A DNA stretch of 36,333 nucleotides from Ginkgo biloba (Eukaryota; Plantae; Ginkgophyta): NCBI GenBank assembly GCA_024626585.2, contig JANKJI020000002.1:167183578-167219910 (forward strand), read 5' to 3'. Below, in pieces: positions 23,834-35,766 of this stretch (position 1 is the stretch's first letter; the number at the start of each line of letters is the position of its first letter). The position numbers and the translations under genes are program-made. Under the pieces are notes generated by a model that saw only the letters and a list, made by a program, of their open reading frames with translations, did no database searches and had not been told where the DNA came from.

Positions 23834-24233
23834 NNNNNNNNNNNNNNNNNNNNNNNNNNNNNNNNNNNNNNNNNNNNNNNNNNNNNNNNNNNNNNNNNNN
23901 NNNNNNNNNNNNNNNNNNNNNNNNNNNNNNNNNAATTTAATAGAAACAAAGGTGAGTTTAGCCATGTTCCCTTAGTAATTAGTGTCATATGATGGAGTGT
24001 TATCTTTACATAGAGACACGGGATTTTGATTAACTTTATCCTTTATTATTACTTGCACATTCACAACCTATCACTTGTTCTCAAAATATAAAAACAAAAA
24101 AACTACATTAATTAATTTTTTATGATTATAATTAAATGTAATTTAAAATTTTGTCCTATCTTTGTGAGCCCATTTTGATCAATTGGATAAATTATAGAGG
24201 AAAAAGGATNNNNNNNNNNNNNNNNNNNNNNNN

Positions 24234-24603
24234 GTATTTGAAGGAGTTGTTTATGCGTGCATCAACTTTGACTTAAATGTGTGTTGAAGGTCATGCAAAA
24301 ACCACAAGGTGAAAAAGTTTTGAGGGTGTAATTATGAATCCTAGTGCCAATACAACATAAAAATATTTAAATACACATATTTTTATATAAATGTACATGG
24401 TTATGATGGTAATACATTAGATTGGAAAAGCATAGGTTGCAAGTTTGAGCAAGTTTGAATCTTAGTGAGGAAAGGTCATTTTTTTGTTNNNNNNNNNNNN
24501 NNNNNNNNNNNNNNNNNNNNNNNNNNTAATGGTTTCTACATGACCTCTAAGGAGTGTTTAAGTCAAAGTTGGTAAAAAAATAGACTTCCCCATATTTGAA
24601 TAC
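24234..24603. mobile_element. MITE, uninterrupted paralog of 8839-9415
   Basis: GTATTTGAAGG..CAACTTTGACTTAAA..GGTCATGCAAAAACCA is inverted relative to TGGTTTCTACATGACC..TTTAAGTCAAAGTTG..TTGAATAC. Confidence 0.75.
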
Positions 24604-27150
24604 ATGGACAATTATTGCTTTTTGATGTCATCATTAGGATTGACCAATAAAACTATTTCCTTCACTTCTACTTGAAGGGCTCATAGATCTCTACTCATGG
24701 CATAATATATCCATTGTTTATAATTATTTAGAAAATTCTCATATTTAATATAAAAATTAAAGAGCAATGAAATTATCACAAATCTTTTGTAATCTATTTT
24801 TTACCTTCATCGTTGGTCTATTATTGTTTTTATGTTTATATTCATAAAAAATAAAGCATAAAAACAAAACAAACCGATGATGAAATTTAACATTGAACAC
24901 ATAAATAGTATAGTTCACCTTTCTATGATAATTGTCTCATATATGAACTCTACTATTGATAAAAACTTAGACTTTGGATTTTGTTGCATACAAACAACTT
25001 TGAACTTAGTTCTAATGCTTTTTGGAGACAATGCTTCTAGTAGTGTTTTAAGAAGAGAACTTCTATTCACACACAAAAGGTCATGGAACTTATCTAACAA
25101 AACCACTCTCATATATATTTTTATAAACCTCATCATAAATTAATGTGTATAACCACCCAATTCAATGCCCTCTCTCATTTATTATGTCTCTTATGTTATA
25201 CTAATTAACTAACTACATCCATATTAGTTAGTTTATTTATTTTTAATTTTTTTGTATAATTTCAAAATGGTTTCTCTTGAGAATTAAAAATATACTGCAA
25301 ATGGTGATATGATTATACTATAAATAAGTCAAATTTATACATAATCTTATTTATTTTCAGTTCTTCCAATACATCAAACATCATAATCAATTTTTTATAT
25401 ATATCCTCTTTTCTTATAATGCTTATGTTTAAGCCTTAATATAATTTTCCCCTTTGATACTTCAAATTATTTTCTCGTTGGCAAAACTACAAAGGTATTT
25501 CTATAACAATAAGGCATCTCTAAGAAAATACAAGTAGCTAAAATCCTTACAATCTCATGAGCATATAGTGTGATCATCAACCTATTTTCTCTAAAGGGTC
25601 TAAGGGACATTTTAAAGGATTCAAGTGACAAATGGTTAGAAATAATANNNNNNNNNNNNNNNNNNAAAGGAATTTAGAGAAGTTGCATCTTCCAGTGGCT
25701 TTGGGAATGAGCTTAGAGACTTGAAAAAGAGACATAATCATGGGAACATAGATTAGAATGGGCAAGACAAGCCCCTCCACCCTAGGCTCATATAAAAATG
25801 AACTTGAGTAGCATTAAAATTGATTTAAATATACAGTAAGACTAGTGAAAATAAATAATTTGTCAACACGTCCTTATCTTAACTTCTTTCTTTATCTCTC
25901 CTTGTCTCTTCTAACAACACCTTACCAATGTCATCATTCCTCTTCTCTCTTCCTTATTCATTTTAACATGGTGAAATTACTATCATTAGTTTCACATTTC
26001 TTTCTTTTCTCCTTGCTTGGTCTAAATATTCCTTTTTTTCACTTCTTCTTCTACTTCTATTTGTTCTTCTATTTTGGCATTAGTGGTTGATTCATCCTCC
26101 ACCTTCACAAGCCATCTCCTAGGAATCAAGTGGCATTTAGTTCTTCATTGTTCGGTCAATTAGATCATAGCATTTCTCCATCATCCATATCTAAATCAAC
26201 ATAGGTACACTCATAAATAATTGTTCATGTAACTCAAACGAAGAATTATTATTCTAATTCATTGACTGATCTACCTTACTTAATTTCTACATCCAAAGAG
26301 AATTCATTGAGAGATGCTTCAAAAATATTATTAATGATTTTCCTTCCTTTATGTATGTGTTTTCAGTATCTCTCCAATATTTCTTCAATGAACCCCAAGT
26401 AATTATGATTTCTATGTATTTGAGGATAATTCTTGGGGATTACTTTGATTAGTTCAAACATTATACAAGTTCCATTAAAACTTCCTCCAANNNNNNNNNN
26501 NNNNNNNNNNNNNNNNNNNNNNNNNNNNNNNNNNNNNNNNNNNNNNNNNNNNNNNNNNNNNNNNNNNNNNNNNNNNNNNNNNNNNNNNNNNNNNNNNNNN
26601 NNNNNNNNNNNNNNNNNNNNNNNNNNNNNNNNNNNNNNNNNNNNNNNNNNNNNNNNNNNNNNNNNNNNNNNNNNNNNNNNNNNNNNNNNNNNNNNNNNNN
26701 NNNNNNNNNNNNNNNNNNNNNNNNNNNNNNNNNNNNNNNNNNNNNNNNNNNNNNNNNNNNNNNNNNNNNNNNNNNNNNNNNNNNNNNNNNNNNNNNNNNN
26801 NNNNNNNNNNNNNNNNNNNNNNNNNNNNNNNNNNNNNNNNNNNNNNNNNNNNNNNNNNNNNNNNNNNNNNNNNNNNNNNNNNNNNNNNNNNNNNNNNNNN
26901 NNNNNNNNNNNNNNNNNNNNNNNNNNNNNNNNNNNNNNNNNNNNNNNNNNNNNNNNNNNNNNNNNNNNNNNNNNNNNNNNNNNNNNNNNNNNNNNNNNNN
27001 NNNNNNNNNNNNNNNNNNNNNNNNNNNNNNNNNNNNNNNNNNNNNNNNNNNNNNNNNNNNNNNNNNNNNNNNNNNNNNNNNNNNNNNNNNNNNNNNNNNN
27101 NNNNNNNNNNNNNNNNNNNNNNNNNNNNNNNNNNNNNNNNNNNNNNNNNN

Positions 27151-27244
27151 AGAAATCAAGAAGCCCAGCCTTATCAAGAAGCTCCTTCACATCGTCTTCC
27201 ATCTTGAGAACAACCGATTTAGTTACAACAGGGTCCCCTCCCAT
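27151..27244 (-). mobile_element. N-terminus of an accessory ORF resembling the extra ORFs of gymnosperm LTR retrotransposons
   Basis: MGGDPVVTKSVVLKMEDDVKELLDKAGLLDF; the remainder is in a 660-N gap. Assignment rests on recalled similarity only. Confidence 0.45.
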
Positions 27245-29239
27245 AATATGGAAGAAAATCAACAAATAACTGAAGGTAGAGAAGTTGGTCCCCAAACCTC
27301 TACAACAAGAAAAGCACACAGCAGAGGAAAATTATCGGTTCACCTCTTCTCTCCCCCAAATAAAATTGTCATACACTTTTATGACTGCAAAATCCTTCCA
27401 TGGTGAGGGCAGGATCCCCCGACTACCAACCATGATTTCAAAAGGACCATTAGTCAAATCAGCTATGTGGCTGAAACACAAAGTGACTATAGCCTTGGCA
27501 CTGGAAATTACATTCTTCCTCTCTATGCCAATTTCCTTCTACCCAACAAATATCACTAAATTTCATTCTTAGGCTTATGTTGAATACTTATATTATGAAA
27601 GAAAGGACTTATCACCAACTAGGTCTTATTTTTAGTGGAATGTTTCCTTTAGTTATAATTATGCCATTTTATTGTCTAGACTTAACACATCAAATAGTTA
27701 TTAAGACATTACCCTCAAACTCCATATTCAAGGAAAGTTATGGGATAAGAAAATTTCATGTAGTAAATTTTTAAAAATTTCATTCAATGTTGTTTTAAAA
27801 TACTTTTTTTTGTTACGATGGATGTTTGTGTTTTAAATTTAATGAGATTACCAAAATATTAAAATCTCATGGGAATGCTATTCTAAATGGTAATGAATTT
27901 GATATTATAATATTGTCCTTATGTTTTGATTATTTTTTTTATTTGATGTTATGGATCCCCACAAGCTAGATAATATCATAAAGAGAGTGGGATGGAAGTC
28001 TTTACATTGTTGTCAATTAGGGGGTTTCCATGCTGTGCATAATGAAACCAAATTACAAGAACTTAATTGACACTGAAGGATTTAACACAATTTGCCTCTT
28101 ATTTATCCATTAAAAGGAGGGAAAAAACTAAGACCCAATAAGACTAGTAGACCCTTTGATAACATTCATCGCTATAATGAGAGATGAATGCTTGATCCAA
28201 GCATTCTTCTAAAAAATAAAAGAATTTTAAAATATTGACATATTATTAGAAAGGAGATCACAAATATAGTATGTATGTTCTATGAATTACAATGGTGTTG
28301 ATTGGCATGCCTTTTTAACATTTAACATGTTAGATCATTATTTTTATTGACCATGGATTGCATAGGGAACATTGAGTGTGGAGGATCTTGATAATGAGTC
28401 AATCACTTATGTGCATGAATCCATACCTACGTATTACAAGANNNNNNNNNNNNNNNNNNNNNNNNNNAAGTAGTGATTGAGGAGGAACCAGAACAACAAC
28501 AACATCTTGTTGGGAACACTGAAAAGAAAAGGCCACATTTAGGAAAAGATGCAAGTGAAAAGAGAAAGAAGGACCACTAGAGGGATAGTGGTCTTAAAGC
28601 AAGGGGGGAAATGATGGGCATCATATAGCCCATTATAAAGAAGGCATTTTGACAACAAATTTAATGGTTTTGATCCATTGTGGAGGTTGGTTTGATGAAA
28701 TTTCCCTCATTTTGGACTAGTTGGTGGAGAAGTTGATATAAAGCTTAATTGAGTACAAATCCAAGCACTTCTTCTACAATTTATGTTTTTCCAAGTTATT
28801 CTACAAGTAAGGAATGAAGGCAGCCTTTGTAGGTTTTTGTTTGAGGCAAAATTATGGTAAAACTGTGAAGTTTTTGCTGCCTTCCTGACTTACCTGCACT
28901 ATAGGTGTAGATAGCTTTTTCTACTTGTTCCTTGCATGGGCCATGTGGGGCATTTTTCTTATCAACTAGACGAGTATCAATAATGACTTCCTTATGGTGT
29001 CTCTTTGACGTTGATAAATACAGCATACCCTAGGTAAAGTGTTTTGAACCTTGAAATCATTTCAAACCCAACTTGGAGGAATAACGTCCCTCAAACAAAT
29101 CTCTAACTTTCAAATGCTTCTAACATTGTTGAGCCTAGAAAAAATTGCCTTAGTGGTGTAAGTACTTACGGTTGAGTCATTTGTTGTAATTTTCACCTCA
29201 TCCTCGTACATTAATCACCTCTAGTCCCTTCCATTTTAG

Positions 29240-29761
29240 TTCCTCTAGTTTGTGATCAACTTTATCTAAAATAATTTGTTGAAAATTATCTCAATATAAA
29301 TGATAATGAAATACAATAAGAAGGATACAAAAAAGGGGATCAAAGGAAAGTTATGTATGCAACCAAGCATACTTAACTAAGACCCAAGAACTTGCATTTC
29401 ATTGGATTTTCTAGTAGAAATTCTTAGGTGGATCATACCATTTATACAAGTATTATTAGAGTAGAACATCCCAGGGTTGTTGCAAATAAGTTGCAAAGGT
29501 AAGTTTGAGAACACACAAACACACAATTTAAAAAATAAATAAATTCTTACTTGTATTTATTATTAAATAATTACATTAGTTCTTTTTAACTAAGTCATAA
29601 TATTTGTATTTGTTGTAGGCCATTATGAGGTTGATCTTGATTAAAGTTTTATAATCTTTTGATTGACTTTAAAAGGAATGCATGGACTCAATATACACAT
29701 TTATGTGAATTATCATGGAAACAATTATATTTTGATGTTTTTGAACATGTTTTACTTTATT
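29240..29761 (+). pseudogene. Intron-containing, transposase-like fossil (possibly Sola-type DNA transposon)
   Basis: Canonical intron AAG|GTAAGT (29499) ... TTTGTTGTAG| (29618). Splicing gives SCK-GHYEVDL..LIDFKRNAW; upstream frames give RRIQKRGSK..YLTKTQ..GCCK. Confidence 0.3.
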
Positions 29762-30119
29762 NNNNNNNNNNNNNNNNNNNNNNNNNNNNNNNNNNNNNNN
29801 NNNNNNNNNNNNNNNNNNNNNNNTCTATTACATATGTGATAATGTTTCTAAACATTATATACTATATGCAATATATTGCTATTTATATATTTGATGTCAT
29901 CCATATGATGTAATCTCAAGTAATGGATTTTATGACATATTCTTTTATTTGTGTGTGTTTGTGTGTGTGAGAGAGAGTCTTATGTATATCCTAGATAGGA
30001 TTCATAATGTATTTGATATCTAATATAATCTTTCTTGTACTATATTAAGATAATTCATGTATATATTAACTACTATATAGTGATATATTGTCGCTATCAT
30101 TTACACTACTTACTCAATC

Positions 30120-31015
30120 AATTTTATCTTAATTGCATAAATTATTTGGCTTAGGTAAAGTGACTTTAATTATTTACTATGCTTCTTCAATAAGAGACTT
30201 GATTTAACCATCTATTATTTTAGGCAAAGTGATAGAAAATTCATTATTATACATGGTTTAACTTCTATTAGTATAAATACATAGATTCACATCCCATATA
30301 AATGAAGATAGTACATAAAACTCAAAAAACCAAAGCAAAACCATGGATATGGTGTTGTAAACACAGACAAAGATATAAACAACCCTCACAAAGTTAGCAT
30401 ATAGCTAATATATATATAGAGAGAATGATTTTAACATATATCTAGGTTATACAATTCTATATTTAACATTTTTATGTGTCACCCACCTCCTATAATTCAA
30501 TTTCTAATAGAATTCAATATGAAGAAACTTATCAACTTATTGTTAGTTACTTCATGCTATACAATTTTCTTAGTGATAGTGACAACAATTCCCTTCCATT
30601 TTATATGCTAAGAAGATCAATAGTTTCTTCATAGATGAATATGTGCTTAGTGATAAGCTTTGAGAGAGGCTATTAACATGCAAAATTTTCTCTATAGAAT
30701 TCATTTTCCACTGGTAACATTATTAAATAGAGACTATAAACTAGAGGGAATGATCAACCATACCATATATATAATATATGAAAACTTTTAGAAAAAATGG
30801 AGATTCCTATATGGATTATTTTTCTAGTTGGTATCACACATCCTTTAATAAATTGAGTAAGAGAATTCATAGAGATATAAAATTACTTATAATGAATCAT
30901 TTATTAAATGTGATCAAAATTTCACTTAACAAACTTAATGATTATCGATTTAATAACAATAAACTTAAATATCACAAAAAATCAAGGATAGGTCCTAAGG
31001 ATGGTCACATATGGA
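30120..31015 (-). mobile_element. Highly degenerate CR1-clade-like LINE ORF2 (RT C-terminal half and thumb)
   Basis: Minus strand: LGPIL (30998-30984), LRKLYSMK (from 30573), VSSY*IL, then LCEGCLYLCLCLQHHIHGFALVF*VL (~30393-30315). Reversing CpG-type transitions gives EGRL..LQRRIRG..VFRVL (cf YEERL..L.L.SL..RR.RGDLI.VFKIL). Confidence 0.5.
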
Positions 31016-31039
31016 TCCTTTATTTTTAATCTAATACTA

Positions 31040-31170
31040 TATGTGTGTGTATGTGTGTCTGTATACACATGCATACATACATAGGTACACACACATATAT
31101 ATAAATGTCTATTTATATGAATGTATACACACACACACACACATATACATATATATATATATATGCATAT
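31040..31170. repeat. Compound (TG)n/(CA)n/(TA)n microsatellite
   Basis: Direct inspection. Confidence 0.9.
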
Positions 31171-31641
31171 NNNNNNNNNNNNNNNNNNNNNNNNNNNNNN
31201 NNNNNNNNNNNNNNNNNNNNNNNNNNNNNNNNNNNNNNNNNNNNNNNNNNNNNNNNNNNNNNNNNNNNNNTCTAGCATTTTATAAATATTTTGTGAGTTC
31301 CTCTCTAAGGTTTATCTGTGGATTGGAAAAAATCTTTAGTTTTACAATCAAAACTCTTCATTATTTCATTTTATTTGATTTATGATGAGTCTCTAGTGAT
31401 TTCAAATTGATCCAAAAATAATTACGACAGGTTTTTCTTTTTATTATTTCATTTTTGTTTGATTTGTGACTCAAACGATTTCATAGCAGTNNNNNNNNNN
31501 NNNNNNNNNNNNNNNNNNNNNNNNNNNNNNNNNNNNNNNNNNNNNNNNNNNATTCCTATAATATCAACAAAATACCTTTTTTAGTGCCTTTGATTCACTT
31601 CAGATATCCTATCATACATACTATCACATAATATGCTACTC

Positions 31642-31800
31642 TAGGGTGTAATAATATTTATGCCAAGTCATAACAGTATGTTATGTTTCTAGCGTAACTA
31701 CTATTATGCCAATAATATGTTATATCACGATGTAACATACTGTTGGCATTATGTCGTGGCATACTGTTATGCCACGGCATAACAATATGCATACGCCAAA
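31642..31800. repeat. Cluster of TTATGCC/GGCATAA motifs in both orientations; possible truncated hAT-type MITE end
   Basis: Starts TAGGGTG (31642). Palindrome TGTTATGCC-AC-GGCATAACA at 31765-31784. No matching right TIR seen. Confidence 0.45.
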
Positions 31801-32068
31801 GATCTATTAGGGACAGAAGAAGAAATCCCAGTTGTAACTCTAATTCTGCTTTCAAATGGCAATGGGATGTTTTAGCCGATACTAAATAATGAGATCTATG
31901 GATTACTCATATTTATTCCATACCTGCAATCAATATACACTATCCACAGAATGTACAACCCATAGTGTCCATGTCATATTATATCCTATATGCATTACAC
32001 AGGGCATATATACTTCCATCAATTATCCCATCACCGTTCTTAAATATTAAAGAATTAACTACTCTATG

Positions 32069-32140
32069 TGTAACGCCCTGGAATTTATTTTCAATGAAGA
32101 ACAAAATTTTATTGGGTGAATGAAATAAAATGAACGTCCA
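32069..32140 (+). mobile_element. Possible Ty3/gypsy LTR 5' terminus remnant
   Basis: TGTAACGCCC is a common plant gypsy LTR start. No matching end found. Confidence 0.35.
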
Positions 32141-33419
32141 TATTATTCTTATTCCTTTTAATTTTATTCATATGAGACATTAGATGAAGGTCATTTAAGG
32201 CTCTTATTATATACTTGCATTTGTTGAGTGAATATTATTTTAATTGAAAATTAAAAAAAAAAATTATTCTTAAAAAAGGTTTTATCAAGTAATTGATAAG
32301 TAATTATATTTCTTACAATCAAGTTTCATTAATGATTAGCTTCCATTTGTTATATACCATTAAGAAGAGAAGCATAATTGAATTGTAGATAATTTTTTTA
32401 TGTAGTGTTTGTCTAGAGAACTATTTCAAGATAATAGATACCTAGATATTCTACATAATTATTGTGTTTAAACATAAAACTCTAAAGGTATTAAAATCAT
32501 ATATGTTGAAAGTAAACAGTATCTATACTTTCTAGGGCTTTGCGTCCAATCTTTCAAAATTTATATTATAGTTGATTAATTAGTTTATTATTTAATCATA
32601 CTCAAATAACCAAAGGTAATAATAATAGAGAAAGTGATTGTGGAAATTATTTTCTGTTGGAATAATTCCAATTTGAGTTAGTAAGTTAAGTTAGCTTTAG
32701 TTNNNNNNNNNNNNNNNNNNNNNNNNNNNNNNNNNNNNNNNNNNNNNNNNNNNNNNNNNNNNNNNNNNNNNNNNNNNNNNNNNNNNNNNNNNNNNNNNNN
32801 NNATATTTTATAAGATTCAAGTGTAGTGCTCATTTAAGCAGATTGCAAAAAAAATGGTGAAACAGTGAAATTCATTAATGATGGGCCAATAACTGCTTAG
32901 CCCTTCTCTAAAATATTTTGGAATTTTTTGTTGATGGGCTGCCACCCAGATTGCCCTTTATTTGAAAAATAACATAATTAAGAAGCCTTCTAGCTTGACG
33001 GGAAAAATGCAAACTCAGAATTTTATTTGCATAGTAAAAATTTTTGGAACCTTCTGTGACAGAGTAAGGACCCTCGGACGGGCTGTGATGATTCCAAATT
33101 TGACCACTGCTCGCAACCCACACTTATAATAATTTAATCTCAAAAATCTCTCTCTCACTTAATATTTCAACTACCACTTCACTTACCTCTCTCTACAACT
33201 TTTTATTTTTGTCATTAAATGAGAGACATAATAATATTTAATTTTTCAAGAGAAAAAACATCATTAATCTAACATCTTTGTCAATGGGGTGCCAAAAACC
33301 AAATACCTTATTTCTAATGAGACAAAATTATGGCTGAATGGTGAAATAAATTACACTTAATTTCATTATACATTAAAAAACATTTAGTGGACTTTTAATA
33401 TATTTTTTCAAACCTACTA

Positions 33420-34280
33420 CGGCCGTACCCATTTGCATTGGAGCATTCAAGGTTTCTCGAGTTGTTCAACCCCTCATTTTATCTTTATTATAAGCACCAC
33501 CTTTTTAGGTCCATGTTCTCCTTTTTATTTTATCTTTCCACGAAGCTGATTTTGTGGGTAAAATCCCATAATTTCCGTATGATATTTGCTCGTCACTAGT
33601 GGACTACCTTGTTTTATTATGAGGCTCAAGGAGCCCTACCCATTTGAACTTAAATACCGATGGTTTTGAGAACCGTAGTTCCCTGCCATCCTACGATCGA
33701 GTGCAAAGACAATTTCTAACTGTTATAAATTATTTGTATCGTTCTAAGTCAATTCCCTCTTGCTCATGATACGCTCATCAAGTGCGGAATAAGCCTTGAG
33801 CCTTGTGCACTAATGGTTATGGAGATCCATAGCAAGATGTGAACCGAGGCAGAACAAGATCTGCAAGACTTATTTGTAAGACTTCGAATAAATGCTGAGC
33901 AGACAAGCGAACCCATGAAATTGAATAAATGCGTGAAAGGAATTAATTAAAAAAGAGTGGAGGGAGAGGACTCGTGCAGAACGCACATGGGCTCATCCTT
34001 TTGTCACAGCCACCCTCATATCCTGCCATTGATAAATCTGACTACAACTTACTAAAAGAGACGCAATCGGTATACGCAGAAGCAGCCACGTCCATCAATC
34101 CTTTTATTTTTTCATGTGCGAGAATTGAGAAAACGCGGAGGAATCCACAGCCTAACTGTCCACAACGTATTTGATGAGGACTGCCTGCCTGTCAATGTTT
34201 AAGAAGTTCCAGACTTAAAATGTTAATGTTTTGGCCACCCTGGTCTAGTGCCTTTAGGTCGCATCTCAGTTTGACCTATC
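33420..34280. promoter_or_regulatory. CpG-retaining, non-repetitive island; candidate cis-regulatory or promoter region
   Basis: Roughly 25-30 CpGs in ~860 bp against strong CpG depletion elsewhere. Contains GCCACGTC (34085-34092), ACGCGG (34133-34138) and W-box TTGACC (34271-34276). Confidence 0.4.
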
Positions 34281-35766
34281 ATTCCCTTTTTTTTTATCTT
34301 CACATCTTACATGGTCTTCACATTTTAAATCATATTCCTATTGGTGTGCGAAAATTATATTTGTAGGATAAAGTCTTCGAAAGATTTATTGCTGGCATTT
34401 TAGGTTATGCTATATATGGTTAGGCAGTTATCTAGCAACCTCTCGAGCCATTGAATATAAGGGATGATTTATTGAATTGTATGGTGGGTTCCGACTAAGA
34501 TATGAAAACAAATAATTGCATGGTTTTTCTTATTTATTGTTTAGAAGTTTTTTTTTGTTGCAAGTATGACATTGGTGGAGATATGAGAATTCTTAAAATT
34601 ATGGTGTAAGGTCTTTAGCACCCCTACGGATGAGAGTTTTTTTTTTATAGCCATAAACGATATAATGTCCTCCACTAATAGCTTACCATCTATATTGAAC
34701 TTGGCCATGCTAGATTTGAGGACAAGGGTTTGAAGACATCGTTCAAGTAAATTCTTGATAGTGAAGGAGTAGTCGAATTCAAAATGTGGAAGGCAGCCAA
34801 GAACAAGATCAAGTATTTTCTTCAGGATTATAAGACATGCACTCTCGATTTCAGTAGTGTGAAAGTTGATCTTCAATTAAAGGCTCCAATGGTTTAAAGT
34901 CACTAGACCAGAGTATCCAGAGAACGATATTCACTTCTTTATAATCGTTAAAGGTCAGTCACCCAAAAAGTGTGCAGATATATTGGACTAACTTCATAGT
35001 AGTACCATTTTCGTAGAGGTGAATTTCTTTGGCTTGCAATCTAAGAAGCGTGCGAGACCAAGCACTGACTTGTCTACAATTACCAATCTCTTGTATATTG
35101 TTGACAATTTCAATGTCCAAATGATGGTTCACATAGGTAGTTCCACTACACAGTGTAGCACTTCCTCGTTGAAAAGAAATTAAAAAATTTAAATCCCTTG
35201 AGCATGAAGGTTAGACCGTATATATGGAAGACTAGGAGAGAAACAAAGGTTAGTTGTAATTTGACACATTGGGGAAGCTATCAGTTCCTAGGTCAAAATT
35301 GAGAATATCTTCAGAAGATCTAAAATTTTTATTAGAAGAGCATCTCTTACTAAATCCCTAACTAAGCTTTCTACCATAAAATAATATTATTCCCTCTATT
35401 ATCTATTAGAATTTCCTTAATGTTTTGTACCTAATTGTACATAACTAAATATGTTATTAATATTAATAAAACTATTTTGGAATATCTTGATGTGGTGCTA
35501 CCCTAAGAAGAGTTGGGGAGCTAGTTGGATGGAATGCAAAAATGCATAACAATGGTCATGATTAGTGATGATGGTATTTTTTCTAGAGGGGGAATCCAAT
35601 TCCCTCTCATTTGCTGGCTATTGCTTTACCCCTTGTGCAACATATGATACTATCCCTTTTCTCAAGTCAGATTTGAAAGAAGTAGATGTAAATATTTTTT
35701 GGTCAAAAAATTAGATTCTCTACCTGAGTTATTTTTGACCCATTAGTGATCAAAGAGGATGTTAAA

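Larger units (their letters stand above)
21797..25427 (+). repeat. Segmental duplication, copy B, with private insertions at ~22330-22965 and ~23401-23933
   Basis: Colinear with 7550-10228; lacks the SINE found in copy A. Confidence 0.92.

Noticed and set aside
27950-28400. hAT dimerisation-domain remnant
   Set aside because: Only a vague IH.KR-like resemblance; the S.CERNWS motif is not recoverable.
33958-33978. miR164-like sequence TGGAGGGAGAGGACTCGTGCA
   Set aside because: Only about 15/21 identity and no complementary star arm nearby.
34171-34196. Hammerhead-like TTGATGAG-GAC...GTC
   Set aside because: Lacks the CUGANGA and GAAA core residues; no hammerhead was seen near the PLE either.
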